This document shows positions 1 to 7,665 of a stretch of DNA of 32,000 nucleotides, piece by piece. The stretch covers positions 1,470,001 to 1,502,000 of the forward strand of contig NZ_CP042911.1 of NCBI RefSeq assembly GCF_008065095.1, written 5' to 3'. Under the pieces are notes generated by a model. That model was not told the origin of the DNA and made no database searches. It worked only from the letters and a program-made list of their open reading frames with translations. Position 1 is the first letter of the stretch. Each line of letters starts with the position of its first letter. A program made the position numbers and the translations under genes. Origin of the DNA: Gemmata obscuriglobus. GTDB lineage: Bacteria; Planctomycetota; Planctomycetia; Gemmatales; Gemmataceae.

Positions 1-31
1 GTGCAAGGAGCCGCACCCGGCCCCGGGGGCG

Positions 32-505
32 GTGGTCGCGCGGACCGACGCGCTGGGCGACGTGACCGGCCCCGCGGCGGTGGTCGGCTACCCGGTGGGC
101 GGCACGCTGTTCGTCCACACGGTCATGGCGTGCCCGGTCGAAGACGGTGCGCTCAAGACCGCGATCGACGGGGCGGCGAAGAAGATCGACCGCCCGGCGC
201 CGAAGCCCGCCGGCGACAAGCCCGCGCCGAAACCGCTGAGCTGGGAGATCCGCGCGGCCGCCCCGCCGACGTGCCCGGATTGCGAGACCTGCCCCCACTG
301 CGGGAAGAACCTGAAGGACACGCCTGCGAAGGCCGTGGATGCCGAATGCTGGGACCGCGACGGCTTCCCCCTGCGGCGCACCGCGCGGGGCACCTACGAG
401 CGAGTTCCGGGGGCGGCGGCGGTCGCGGCGCCGGACCCGCCGCCGATTTCCGGTCACCCGCTCGCACCGAGCTGCCCGAACGGGCGCTGCCCGCTGCCCC
501 GCTGA
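32..505 (+). CDS. hypothetical Cys-rich protein, probably 5'-partial
   Basis: ORF track 32..505. The same frame has no stop back to nt 2. C-terminal cysteine clusters CPDCETCPHCG and CPNGRC. No family recognised. Confidence 0.45.
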   Translation: MVARTDALGDVTGPAAVVGYPVGGTLFVHTVMACPVEDGALKTAIDGAAKKIDRPAPKPAGDKPAPKPLSWEIRAAAPPTCPDCETCPHCGKNLKDTPAKAVDAECWDRDGFPLRRTARGTYERVPGAAAVAAPDPPPISGHPLAPSCPNGRCPLPR

Positions 506-661
506 CCCGTGTTATGGGTGCGGGTTTTCCCGGTTCGACCTGGGGAAAGCCCGGGTAGCCGGAAGCTCGGAAAATGCGATCATTCACACCCGCGTGTTCG
601 TGTACTCATGCCGCTCGCCCCGGTGTACTCAGTTCCTTACCCACAATTCATTAAGGTCGCG

Positions 662-1222
662 ATGAGTTACCGGGGAGTTGCGCACGAGGTCGGCGGGTCG
701 CTTTCGTCCGCGGTGCGGTTTCACGGCACACCCGCCTGGGCCGATGCGGGCGCGTCGTCCGGCCGAGCCGAGGGGCCGGTGCGTCCGATCCCGGGTGAGG
801 GCGAATGGCCCCAGCAGGAACTCGACGCCCGCAGCCCCGCGCCGCCCGTACCGGGCGCGGGGGGCCTGACGGTGCTGGTCGTGGACGACGACCCGGACGT
901 GCTGAACCTGATCGCTATCGTGCTCCGCCGGGCCGGGCTCGAAGTGGTGACGGCCCCGTCGGGGGCCCAGGCGGTCGCGGCGTACCGGGCCGGGATCGAC
1001 TTCGCGCTGATCGACATCCGGATGCCCGTCCAGGACGGCCCCCAGACGCTGGCCGCGCTCCGGCGGCTCTGCCCGCACCTGCGGGCGGCGTTCGTGTCCG
1101 CTTCGCCGGACGCGCTCGAGCCCTCCGCGGTGCGTGCGCTCGGCGCGTCGGCGGTCATCCGCAAGCCGTTCCCGAGCCTGGACGCCTTCGTGGCCCAGGT
1201 GCGGGCGCTCGCCACCTGCTGA
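662..1222 (+). CDS. CheY-like response regulator receiver-domain protein
   Basis: Receiver motifs LVVDDDPDVLNLI, DFALIDIRMPVQDG and VIRKPF in ORF 509..1222. ATG at 662 preferred because 560..660 looks like an AT-richer leader. Confidence 0.8.
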   Translation: MSYRGVAHEVGGSLSSAVRFHGTPAWADAGASSGRAEGPVRPIPGEGEWPQQELDARSPAPPVPGAGGLTVLVVDDDPDVLNLIAIVLRRAGLEVVTAPSGAQAVAAYRAGIDFALIDIRMPVQDGPQTLAALRRLCPHLRAAFVSASPDALEPSAVRALGASAVIRKPFPSLDAFVAQVRALATC

Positions 1223-1247
1223 CGCCGGCGGGCGGTAGAATGCCCGC

Positions 1248-1273
1248 ATGATTCACTTCCGGTGCTGGTTCTG
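1248..1273. repeat. attL core: 26-bp perfect direct repeat (ATGATTCACTTCCGGTGCTGGTTCTG)
   Basis: Identical 26-mer at 16682..16707. Flanking bases differ on both sides of both copies. Here it reads ATG..TTC followed by TGA, an 8-codon stub MIHFRCWF-stop. Confidence 0.85.
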
Positions 1274-1462
1274 AGACGGCACCAAGCGGACGGATCGCCC
1301 TAACATCTTACACTGAATCACTTACGGCACAACGCCAAAGCGGTACTGTATTGCCGTTCATCATGAAAAATACCGGAGAAAATGGCGGTTGTGCGTCGAA
1401 AGGTGTGGCAACTGCCATACCTGCCACATGTACACTTATTACCTTGTTCCAACTCGGTGCGC

Positions 1463-1490
1463 GAAACGAAAACACCCGGCATGGGCCGGG
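1463..1490 (-). terminator. rho-independent terminator downstream of CDS 1513..2037
   Basis: Minus strand has a CCCGGC-CCAT-GCCGGG hairpin (1475..1490) followed by TGTTTTCGTTTC, 22 nt after the stop codon. Confidence 0.55.
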
Positions 1491-1512
1491 CGAATGGTGC
1501 GGAAAGAGTGGG

Positions 1513-2037
1513 TCAGGAATACCGTTCTAAGAGTCTGTCGAAAGTCCCTTTGGCGTCTGGGGGCATCCAATTCCACTCTCCGACACACTCAAGCATTTTC
1601 TTCACCATCTGCTCCCGAGTCAGAATTAGTACGGCTTCCGCACGATACGTTTGCAGGTACACATCACGAGGGTAGAACCTCTGTAAAACTCCATCGAATA
1701 TTATGTCATCTGTGACTTCGACCCAAGAATGCGGGATAGGAACAAGCGGCCAATCCGGCGGCCAGTAGAATCCCTGCGCGAAGCGAATGCGTTCCGCAGA
1801 AAACGGTGAGGGTGCGGGAGCGTTATCGAGCACAAAATAAAAGGCTCGCTCGTGGCAACGCGTTGGGTAAACATAGGCTGGGGTGACGCGTTTCCACCTT
1901 ACGCCGGTGTCAATCTCGTACCCGTCGAATGGGTCAGTGCGTGCTGCAAAAAAGGCACTTCGCTTCTTTCGCGTCATCATGCTCGCTGGCCTCTGGAATC
2001 CCCTTCGGTTGAAGTGGCTCGTTTCATAACCGCACAA
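1513..2037 (-). CDS. hypothetical protein (AT-richer cargo next to attL)
   Basis: 174-aa ORF; alternative start MMTRKK near 1981. Followed by its own terminator. No family recognised. Confidence 0.55.
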   Translation of the reverse strand: MCGYETSHFNRRGFQRPASMMTRKKRSAFFAARTDPFDGYEIDTGVRWKRVTPAYVYPTRCHERAFYFVLDNAPAPSPFSAERIRFAQGFYWPPDWPLVPIPHSWVEVTDDIIFDGVLQRFYPRDVYLQTYRAEAVLILTREQMVKKMLECVGEWNWMPPDAKGTFDRLLERYS

Positions 2038-2311
2038 GACCGATTGCGGAAGGTAAGCACGGACCCTGCGAAGCCGACAGGGCCGCCCGACGCGCCAGGA
2101 TGCCCGCTGATTCGGTCAACACCTCCTCAATAATGTCCAACTCGTGAAAAGCAGCCGGCGCGGCCTCGCGTAGCGCCTGCGTGTCCGGGTCGTCGTTGAA
2201 CGCCTCGATCCTGCGCAACACGGCTTCGATCTCCCCCAGCACGGGCGCGAGCTTCGCCCATCCCGTCGTGAGGTCGCCCGCCTTCTTCGCCTTCCCGCTC
2301 TTACCCTTCAT
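2024..2311 (-). CDS. hypothetical protein
   Basis: 95-aa ORF whose 3' end overlaps the next minus-strand ORF by 14 nt (operon-like). No family recognised. Confidence 0.45.
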   Translation of the reverse strand: MKGKSGKAKKAGDLTTGWAKLAPVLGEIEAVLRRIEAFNDDPDTQALREAAPAAFHELDIIEEVLTESAGILARRAALSASQGPCLPSAIGLVRL

Positions 2312-2339
2312 CGTTGTGCCCTCAGTGGTGTGATTGGGG

Positions 2340-2498
2340 TTACTTCGTTCCGAGCTTCGTTGCGTGGCACCGCGGGCAGAACAGCCAGCGTTTCGGGTGG
2401 TAGCAGATCGGCCCGTTGCACTTCGGACACACGACGTTCGTTAGCGCGACGCTGCGGGCGGCGCGCACCTTCGGCACGGGCTTCCGTTTGGTAGCCAT
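2340..2498 (-). CDS. small zinc-ribbon protein
   Basis: MATKRKP... with CPKC-N16-CPRC. ATG at 2498 chosen within ORF 2340..2546. Confidence 0.5.
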   Translation of the reverse strand: MATKRKPVPKVRAARSVALTNVVCPKCNGPICYHPKRWLFCPRCHATKLGTK

Positions 2499-2564
2499 GT
2501 GGAATCTCTGAGTTGTGTTCAGGGGAATGGCCGCGGCGAGTCTCACGGCCTGCGTCAGGTCCTG

Positions 2565-2777
2565 TTACACGCCCTTCAGTTCGCCGCCGGCCGGTTCGTC
2601 CGCGATCGTCGCGACCAGTTCGACAGCCTTCGGCTTCGGCACCTTCACGACGAGTTTCACCAACCGCGTCGCCTCGCCCGCTGCCGCCTGAAGCTCGTCA
2701 GCCGCTTTCGCGACTTCGTAGTCTCCGGCCTCGCCCACCAAAACCCAAACCTGGACTTCGACCAGTTCCGCGGGCAT
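2565..2777 (-). CDS. hypothetical protein
   Basis: 70-aa ORF in the same-strand array of small early-type genes. Confidence 0.45.
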   Translation of the reverse strand: MPAELVEVQVWVLVGEAGDYEVAKAADELQAAAGEATRLVKLVVKVPKPKAVELVATIADEPAGGELKGV

Positions 2778-2841
2778 CTCTGCGCACTCCGAAGTTCGTG
2801 AGGAGAGGGCCGGGGAACCGTCCCCCCGGCCGCGGTTGGTG

Positions 2842-3036
2842 TCAGTAGGCGAACAGTTGGACCGGGTGCCGGTAGTCGGGGAGCAGGCGCCCGGTGTTCG
2901 CGTCCATTACCTCCACGCTGGTGGAATCCACCATCCGCACGAACCGCACCCGGCAGTTGTCCAGCGTGCAGAACAGCGGGTCACCGTGAACCACCGTCTT
3001 CTCAACCCCGTCCCGCGTCTTGAACTTGGCTTGCAT
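2842..3036 (-). CDS. hypothetical protein (first gene of the leftward early operon)
   Basis: 64-aa ORF divergent from the XRE gene. Confidence 0.45.
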   Translation of the reverse strand: MQAKFKTRDGVEKTVVHGDPLFCTLDNCRVRFVRMVDSTSVEVMDANTGRLLPDYRHPVQLFAY

Positions 3037-3214
3037 CTCACATCCCTTGCGTTCGTGTCGTTCGGCACATCCGACAGCGAAGGAATGCTAGGCACCCACT
3101 TGGGTGTACGTCAAGTGAGTGTACTCCATTTGGGTGTAAATCTTACCGGGATCGCAACGAACACCCGATTGACGTAGACTCGGCGCAGTCACTACACTTG
3201 AGCGAGGCAAGCCG
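3037..3214. promoter_or_regulatory. divergent switch region with operator-like repeats
   Basis: Lies between divergent genes. Palindrome CACCC-ACTT-GGGTG at 3093..3106. TTGGGTGTA direct repeat at 3100..3108 and 3130..3138, 30 bp apart. Further CACCC half-site near 3173. Confidence 0.5.
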
Positions 3215-3448
3215 ATGGAGCCGCAGTCGATGGGTCTGAAAGAGAATCTGAAACGGTTGCGGGCCGCGAAGGGCTGGACGCAGGCGCAAACCGCAGAGGT
3301 GGCGGAAGTGCCGTTTCGTAGCTACCAGAACTGGGAAGCGGGCACCCGGGAGCCGCGAATTGATGCGTTGCCGAGACTGGCAGCGGCACTCGGAGCAACC
3401 GTTGACCAACTTCTGGCAGACGTCGAGCCCACCGAAGAGAAGAAGTAA
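3215..3448 (+). CDS. XRE/Cro-CI family HTH transcriptional regulator
   Basis: LKRLRAAKGWTQAQTAEVAEVPFRSYQNWEAGTREPRIDALPRLAAALGATVDQLL is a canonical HTH_3 pattern. Confidence 0.8.
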   Translation: MEPQSMGLKENLKRLRAAKGWTQAQTAEVAEVPFRSYQNWEAGTREPRIDALPRLAAALGATVDQLLADVEPTEEKK

Positions 3449-3563
3449 AACCGCTCGTTTTTGTCGAACTCCCGCCCTCACCCGCGAATACCCTCCGGTC
3501 ACCCTCTGGAGGTTCGCTGTACAGTGGACCCCATTGTCTAGACCAAAAAGTTGCTATCCTTCG

Positions 3564-4334
3564 CTACTGTTTCGTCGGGGCCTTCGTGGCTCCGACGCCA
3601 TACACCTGAGCCGGGGTGCGGTAGTCCAGGGACTGGTGTAACCGCTCGGTGTTGTAGAACCCGAAGTACGCCCGGAGCCCACTCTCCAGGGCCGGCACCG
3701 ACTCGTAACCCTTGAGGTACACGTCCTCGTACTTGACGCTCCGCCACAGGCGCTCCACGAACACGTTGTCCAGGCACCGGCCCCGCCCGTCCATGCTCAC
3801 CGCGACCCCGGCCCGCTCCAATCGCCCGACCCACGCGGCGGCCGTGAACTGGACTCCCTGGTCCGTGTTGAACACCTCCGGCTTGCCCCGGCCCAAGGCC
3901 TCCTCCAGCATGTCCTGGCAGAATGACCCGTCCAACGTGTTGGACAGTCGCCAGGCCACCACGTACCGGCTGAACCAGTCCATCGTTGCGGCCAGGTACA
4001 TGAACCCGGTGGGCATCGGGATGTACGTGATGTCCGTGCTCCACACCTGATGGACCCGGTCGATGGCCACGCCCCGCAACAGGTACGGGTACACCTTGTG
4101 CCCGGACCCGACCGACAGCTTGGGCTTGGGGTACAGGGCCTCCAACCCCATGATCCGCAACAGCCGCTGCACCCGCTTGCGGTTCACCTCGTGGCCCTGG
4201 GTGCCCAGCCACGCGGCCAGGCGCCGGCTCCCGTAGAACGGGCACGTCGTGTACTGCTCGTCGATCAACCGCATCAGCGTCAGGTTCTCCGCGCTCTCCG
4301 GGGTCGGCTCGTAGTACACCGTCGAGCGGTTCAA
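3564..4334 (-). CDS. IS3-family transposase OrfB (integrase-core DDE domain)
   Basis: HQVWSTDITYIP...NTDQGVQFT...VERLWRSVKYE...YNTERLHQSL motifs. The frame stays open upstream to 4430, where it reads KKNRPPSAEAKRARIEAEHPELSVRRQCELIGLNRSTVYY. Confidence 0.85.
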   Translation of the reverse strand: MNRSTVYYEPTPESAENLTLMRLIDEQYTTCPFYGSRRLAAWLGTQGHEVNRKRVQRLLRIMGLEALYPKPKLSVGSGHKVYPYLLRGVAIDRVHQVWSTDITYIPMPTGFMYLAATMDWFSRYVVAWRLSNTLDGSFCQDMLEEALGRGKPEVFNTDQGVQFTAAAWVGRLERAGVAVSMDGRGRCLDNVFVERLWRSVKYEDVYLKGYESVPALESGLRAYFGFYNTERLHQSLDYRTPAQVYGVGATKAPTKQ

Positions 4335-4404
4335 TCCGATCAGCTCGCACTGGCGCCGGACGCTCAGCTCCGGGTGCTCGGCCTCGATCCGGGCACGCTT
4401 GGCC

Positions 4405-4692
4405 TCAGCCGAGGGCGGCCGATTTTTTTTTCACCCAGTCGAGTTCCACCTTGAGGCGGCCGATCTGCTCGTACAACTCGGTCGTCTTGTCTTCCGGGGG
4501 GCCGGTGCCCTTCGCCCCCGAGGCGAACACGGCCTCGGCCCCGGTGAGCAACTGCTTCTTCCACCCATGAATCAGGGTCGGGTGGACGCCGTGCTGACTC
4601 GCCAGTTCGTTGATGGTCTTGTCGCCCTTGAGGGCCGCCAGCGCGACCTGGGCCTTGAACGCCGCCGAGTGACTCTTCCGCTTGCCCGCCAT
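4405..4692 (-). CDS. IS3-family transposase OrfA (HTH)
   Basis: MAGKRKSHSAAFKAQVALAALKGDKTINELASQHGVHPTLIHGWKKQL is typical IS3/IS911 OrfA. It ends just after the A9 run. Confidence 0.85.
   Translation of the reverse strand: MAGKRKSHSAAFKAQVALAALKGDKTINELASQHGVHPTLIHGWKKQLLTGAEAVFASGAKGTGPPEDKTTELYEQIGRLKVELDWVKKKSAALG
4423..4431 (-). other. programmed -1 frameshift site (A9 on the minus strand) joining OrfA to OrfB
   Basis: OrfA reads GTG AAA AAA AAA TCG. The -1 frame has TGA immediately before, then opens AAA AAA AAT CGG into OrfB. Confidence 0.65.
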
Positions 4693-4759
4693 GGGTTCCC
4701 CTTTCCTGGGCCTCCGGTATAGCTTAACCGGCGGTCCAGTTTTCGGGGTCCACTATATC

Positions 4760-4969
4760 GTGTCCGACTTCGCCTTTGATGACGAAAGCCCCTCGCGCTA
4801 CCGCCGCTCATCCCCCGGACCGTCATGGCTTCACACCTTCAGCGCGGTGTTCGCAGGCGCCCTGCTCGCGGGCATCCTGCTGTTGGTCGGGCTGCGCGCG
4901 TACCTGAAGTGGTCGATTGAAGACGGCATTGAGAGGATGAAGAACCCGCCCTCGGCTAAGGGGGGATGA
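4760..4969 (+). CDS. possible small membrane protein; start abuts the IS3 end
   Basis: GTG at 4760 in the frame of ORF 4682..4969. One hydrophobic helix FAGALLAGILLLVGL. Start and promoter are uncertain because of the IS. Confidence 0.3.
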   Translation: MSDFAFDDESPSRYRRSSPGPSWLHTFSAVFAGALLAGILLLVGLRAYLKWSIEDGIERMKNPPSAKGG

Positions 4970-5005
4970 GCACTGACCTCGCCTGCGTGTCGTTCTCGTG
5001 GTTGA

Positions 5006-5782
5006 ATGCCGACATCCAAGCGGGCAACTGAAAGCTCCGCACTCTCATTGGATTCAGCAATGCGATTCATTCAGACGTGGATCAAGACTATCGGGGCAGC
5101 TTGGCCTTGGGCCAAGCGACTCCCCGCGACCATGAAGTTCATAGGTTCCATCTGCTCATGCGTTGGGATTGGCACGCTCGCGGCTTGGTCATTTTGGGGC
5201 CGTGAAGTGTCATTCGCTACTTGGCACCTGGCAATCTTACTCGTGGTTGTGATCGCAAGTTTCGGTGGGATCTTTGCTGCCGGCCTCGCCGTTGAGCGAA
5301 TGTCTCGCCCGCTCGTTTCAGTCGGCCCATTTATCTTTGATGTGCCTTACCGCACCCTCTCTTTGCGGGTAACGAACTGCTGCAAGATTCCGGTTAAGCC
5401 AAAGGTGATTATTCGCGAAATCACTTGCGACAACGGAGGGACAATATTTGCGTCGCGAGTTGATCCACATTGGCGCACCAAGCCACTTGGGCAAGACATT
5501 GTGCTGCCGGGCGGGGCGCCTGCTGATACGAGTTTGGTTTGGGTCGTTGGAGCTGGTCAAGAACGGCCGACGGGGCTGTATCTGACCCCGCTTGAGGGGG
5601 GCGATATTCCGCTTCACACCGGCCCGCCACTTACCGCCGGAACAATGTATGCCATTTACCTGATTGTTACCGCCGAAACGTTAACAGGTGAACAGGGGAC
5701 GCCACAGAATTACAAATTGTCATTCGTAAGCGATCCGTCTTGTAAGGGAGGCTACCGCATCCATGACATGCAGCTCGCCTGA
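5006..5782 (+). CDS. hypothetical membrane protein (AT-richer cargo)
   Basis: 258-aa ORF. Two N-terminal hydrophobic helices (FIGSICSCVGIGTLAAWSFW, LAILLVVVIASFGGIFAAGLAV). No family recognised. Confidence 0.55.
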   Translation: MPTSKRATESSALSLDSAMRFIQTWIKTIGAAWPWAKRLPATMKFIGSICSCVGIGTLAAWSFWGREVSFATWHLAILLVVVIASFGGIFAAGLAVERMSRPLVSVGPFIFDVPYRTLSLRVTNCCKIPVKPKVIIREITCDNGGTIFASRVDPHWRTKPLGQDIVLPGGAPADTSLVWVVGAGQERPTGLYLTPLEGGDIPLHTGPPLTAGTMYAIYLIVTAETLTGEQGTPQNYKLSFVSDPSCKGGYRIHDMQLA

Positions 5783-6081
5783 AAAGGGGATGGTCGCATG
5801 CGCCAGAGCAGGTGGAGGTGCGTCACATGACGCACCTCACCGCCTCGCAGGGCCGGCGCAGCAAGTGGCGAGGGAGTCGGATCGGGCGATTCGGGTTCTG
5901 GGTCGGGTTCCGGTTCAGGGGCAGGTGAAAACAAGTGTTCACCTGCCTTCATGTCCTTGATGACGCAGCTCTGACTCACTCCCACCGCATCCGCAATCGC
6001 CCTGGTGCTCATACCCTTTGCCCGGAGCTTCGCCACCCACTCTGCGCGCCCCTCTTTCGTGAGGTGGCGGATATCCGACAC
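5752..6081 (-). CDS. HTH-domain protein with Pro/Glu-rich tail
   Basis: N-terminal LRAKGMSTRAIADAVGVSQSCVIKDMK is an HTH pattern. Function unknown; a small-terminase-like N-terminus is only a possibility. Confidence 0.45.
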   Translation of the reverse strand: MSDIRHLTKEGRAEWVAKLRAKGMSTRAIADAVGVSQSCVIKDMKAGEHLFSPAPEPEPDPEPESPDPTPSPLAAPALRGGEVRHVTHLHLLWRMRPSPFQASCMSWMR

Positions 6082-6374
6082 CTGATTGAAGGCTTCGCGA
6101 GGTGGTCACAAAGGACCACCTGAGCGGCCCGCCCGTTGCGCAGGAGAAGTGAGCAGGCCTCCATACAGGGATTCGGGCGCTGCGGTCCCGATCGGCCCGT
6201 ATACGCGAATCTGTGCGAAATAACACGCATCGGGATCGTGAGGGATTTTGCGCGTTTGATGGGCCGATTCCTGTGGTGTTCACTTCTAGACATCAATCCC
6301 AACTTGGCGCGCCGTGTGGAGTGATGATATCAAGCGGATGTTTAATCAAAATCCGCATTACAAAAGGACATTGC

Positions 6375-6767
6375 ATGAACGAAGATGTCACGGACACGAC
6401 CACCACAGAAGTGACGGCAACGGAACTTGCGGAGATGTTTCTTGCTCATCGTGAGAAGTGCGGCGCCAAGCTCACTGTCGCGATGCGTCGATGCGACCCA
6501 GCCACTAAGCGATTTACGCAACTGATTGAGGTGCAAGAGCCTGGAGACGTTGCGCGATACGCGCCGGGCGCGGTGATGGGCGATATCCGGAACTTCATTC
6601 GCGCGCTGCCGGTCGATACCTGCGGTGAGGAAGACGTGGTCGTTGAATCAATTCACCGCTGCCTTTTGGGGCTGCTCTGGGATTCTCGCAAAATCGCCCC
6701 GGAACATAACGTTCAACCTCTCGGCGGTTGTGCGGTCAATGCGGCGAGTCCCCCAACCGCTTCGTAA
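6375..6767 (+). CDS. hypothetical protein
   Basis: ATG at 6375 inside ORF 6213..6767 (MNEDVTDTTTT...). No family recognised. Confidence 0.45.
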   Translation: MNEDVTDTTTTEVTATELAEMFLAHREKCGAKLTVAMRRCDPATKRFTQLIEVQEPGDVARYAPGAVMGDIRNFIRALPVDTCGEEDVVVESIHRCLLGLLWDSRKIAPEHNVQPLGGCAVNAASPPTAS

Positions 6768-6853
6768 ACGATCAGCTCGTGCATCAAAAGGCTGGGAGGT
6801 CGGGGAACCACTCCCCAGCCGCCCGACCCGCGTGGCACTATCGCGGGTTCACG

Positions 6854-7108
6854 TTAACGCCTTCGGTGCTTCCAGCAGCACGACGACGAACACCATTTGC
6901 GACGCCACCGGTCCGCGTCGAACTTCGCCCCGCATCCCTTGCAGGTCAGCCCAATGCGGAGTTCCGCCCGCCGGCTCGATTCTTTCACGTGGCCCGCCTT
7001 GGATCGGCACTCAGGCCCGCAGAAGACCGGAAGCGGCCCGCGTCGCGGAACGCGCACGATCGGCCCGGAGCAGTGCGCGCATTTTCGGTCTTCAACGGTA
7101 CGGCCCAC
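6854..7108 (-). CDS. small multi-Cys zinc-finger protein
   Basis: CAHCSG...CGPEC...CKGCG...CSSSCC cysteine pairs. Confidence 0.45.
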   Translation of the reverse strand: MGRTVEDRKCAHCSGPIVRVPRRGPLPVFCGPECRSKAGHVKESSRRAELRIGLTCKGCGAKFDADRWRRKWCSSSCCWKHRRR

Positions 7109-7252
7109 AGATACCCCCCTCCCCTCGGCTCGAAACAGCGGTCACATTTTTTTGTCAGGGGGCACACGGTCTTTTAGCTCGAAGCTGTAAAATCTGACCG
7201 GGTATCCCCACCCCCACGGAGCACAAGCAACCAACCTGTCGGGGCGCCCCGA

Positions 7253-7573
7253 TTACCCTTTCGCGTTGCGTCCCAAGCCGCCGTCTTCCCGAACCGTCTT
7301 CCTGCTATGGCACGGCTTGCAGAGGCTTCGGAGGTTATCGAGGTCGTGCCCTTTCGGTCCGAGCGGCCCCAACCCGTCGATGTGGTCAACCTCCGTCGCC
7401 CCGCAAGTCAGCCCGCGTTCGTCGCAGTCCTCGCACAGGGGATTGCGCGCGAGCTTCACCGCCCGCGTCCGATTCCACCGCCCGTCGTAACCACGCTTCG
7501 CCGCAGAGGGGCGCATTGCTTCTGTCGAGACGCCTCGCGGCCGGGTGTTCAGCGTTGGCGGTTTCCTCGGCAT
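7253..7573 (-). CDS. phage-type HNH endonuclease
   Basis: RGYDGRWNRTRAVKLARNPLCEDC...EVDHIDG...NLRSLCKPCHSRKT is an HNH motif. ATG at 7573 chosen so it does not overlap the upstream terminator or gene. Confidence 0.8.
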   Translation of the reverse strand: MPRKPPTLNTRPRGVSTEAMRPSAAKRGYDGRWNRTRAVKLARNPLCEDCDERGLTCGATEVDHIDGLGPLGPKGHDLDNLRSLCKPCHSRKTVREDGGLGRNAKG

Positions 7574-7610
7574 ACGGGAGGTGGTTTTCCGCCCGCGCTC
7601 AACATGTCCT

Positions 7611-7647
7611 GAAAACGAAAAGCGGCCTGGGACTTGCCCAAGCCGCT
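7611..7647 (-). terminator. rho-independent terminator after the pentapeptide-repeat gene
   Basis: Minus strand AGCGGC..GCCGCT hairpin with inner TGGG/CCCA pairing, followed by TTTCGTTTTC. Confidence 0.55.
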
Positions 7648-7665
7648 CGACAAACTTGACAGCAT

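Larger units (their letters stand above)
3519..4759 (-). mobile_element. IS3-family insertion sequence (orfA/orfB with A9 slippery run)
   Basis: Imperfect terminal inverted repeats: TACAGTGGACCCC at 3521..3533 versus the reverse complement of GGGGTCCACTATA at 4745..4757. Exact ends are +/- a few bp. Contains the orfA HTH and the orfB rve/DDE core. Confidence 0.8.

Noticed and set aside
1-558. 185-aa ORF starting at nt 1 (Gly/Arg/Pro-rich).
   Set aside because: Low-complexity translation. The alternative frame (32..505) gives a more protein-like sequence with Cys motifs.
600-631. GTGTACTCA direct repeat (600..608 and 623..631) upstream of the response regulator. A similar GTGTACTC lies in the prophage switch region (3118).
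   Set aside because: Only 8-9 bp, so possibly a regulator site for the response-regulator gene. The match to the prophage region is short enough to be coincidence. Not enough support to call.
7306-7322. sigma54-promoter-like TGGCACGGCTTGCA, and TGGCAC at about 25548, given the NtrC-type activator in the window.
   Set aside because: The GG-to-GC spacing is 2 nt too short at 7306, and that site lies inside the HNH gene. The 25548 site lacks a TTGC -12 element. No convincing -24/-12 promoter was found upstream of the neighbouring transporter genes.
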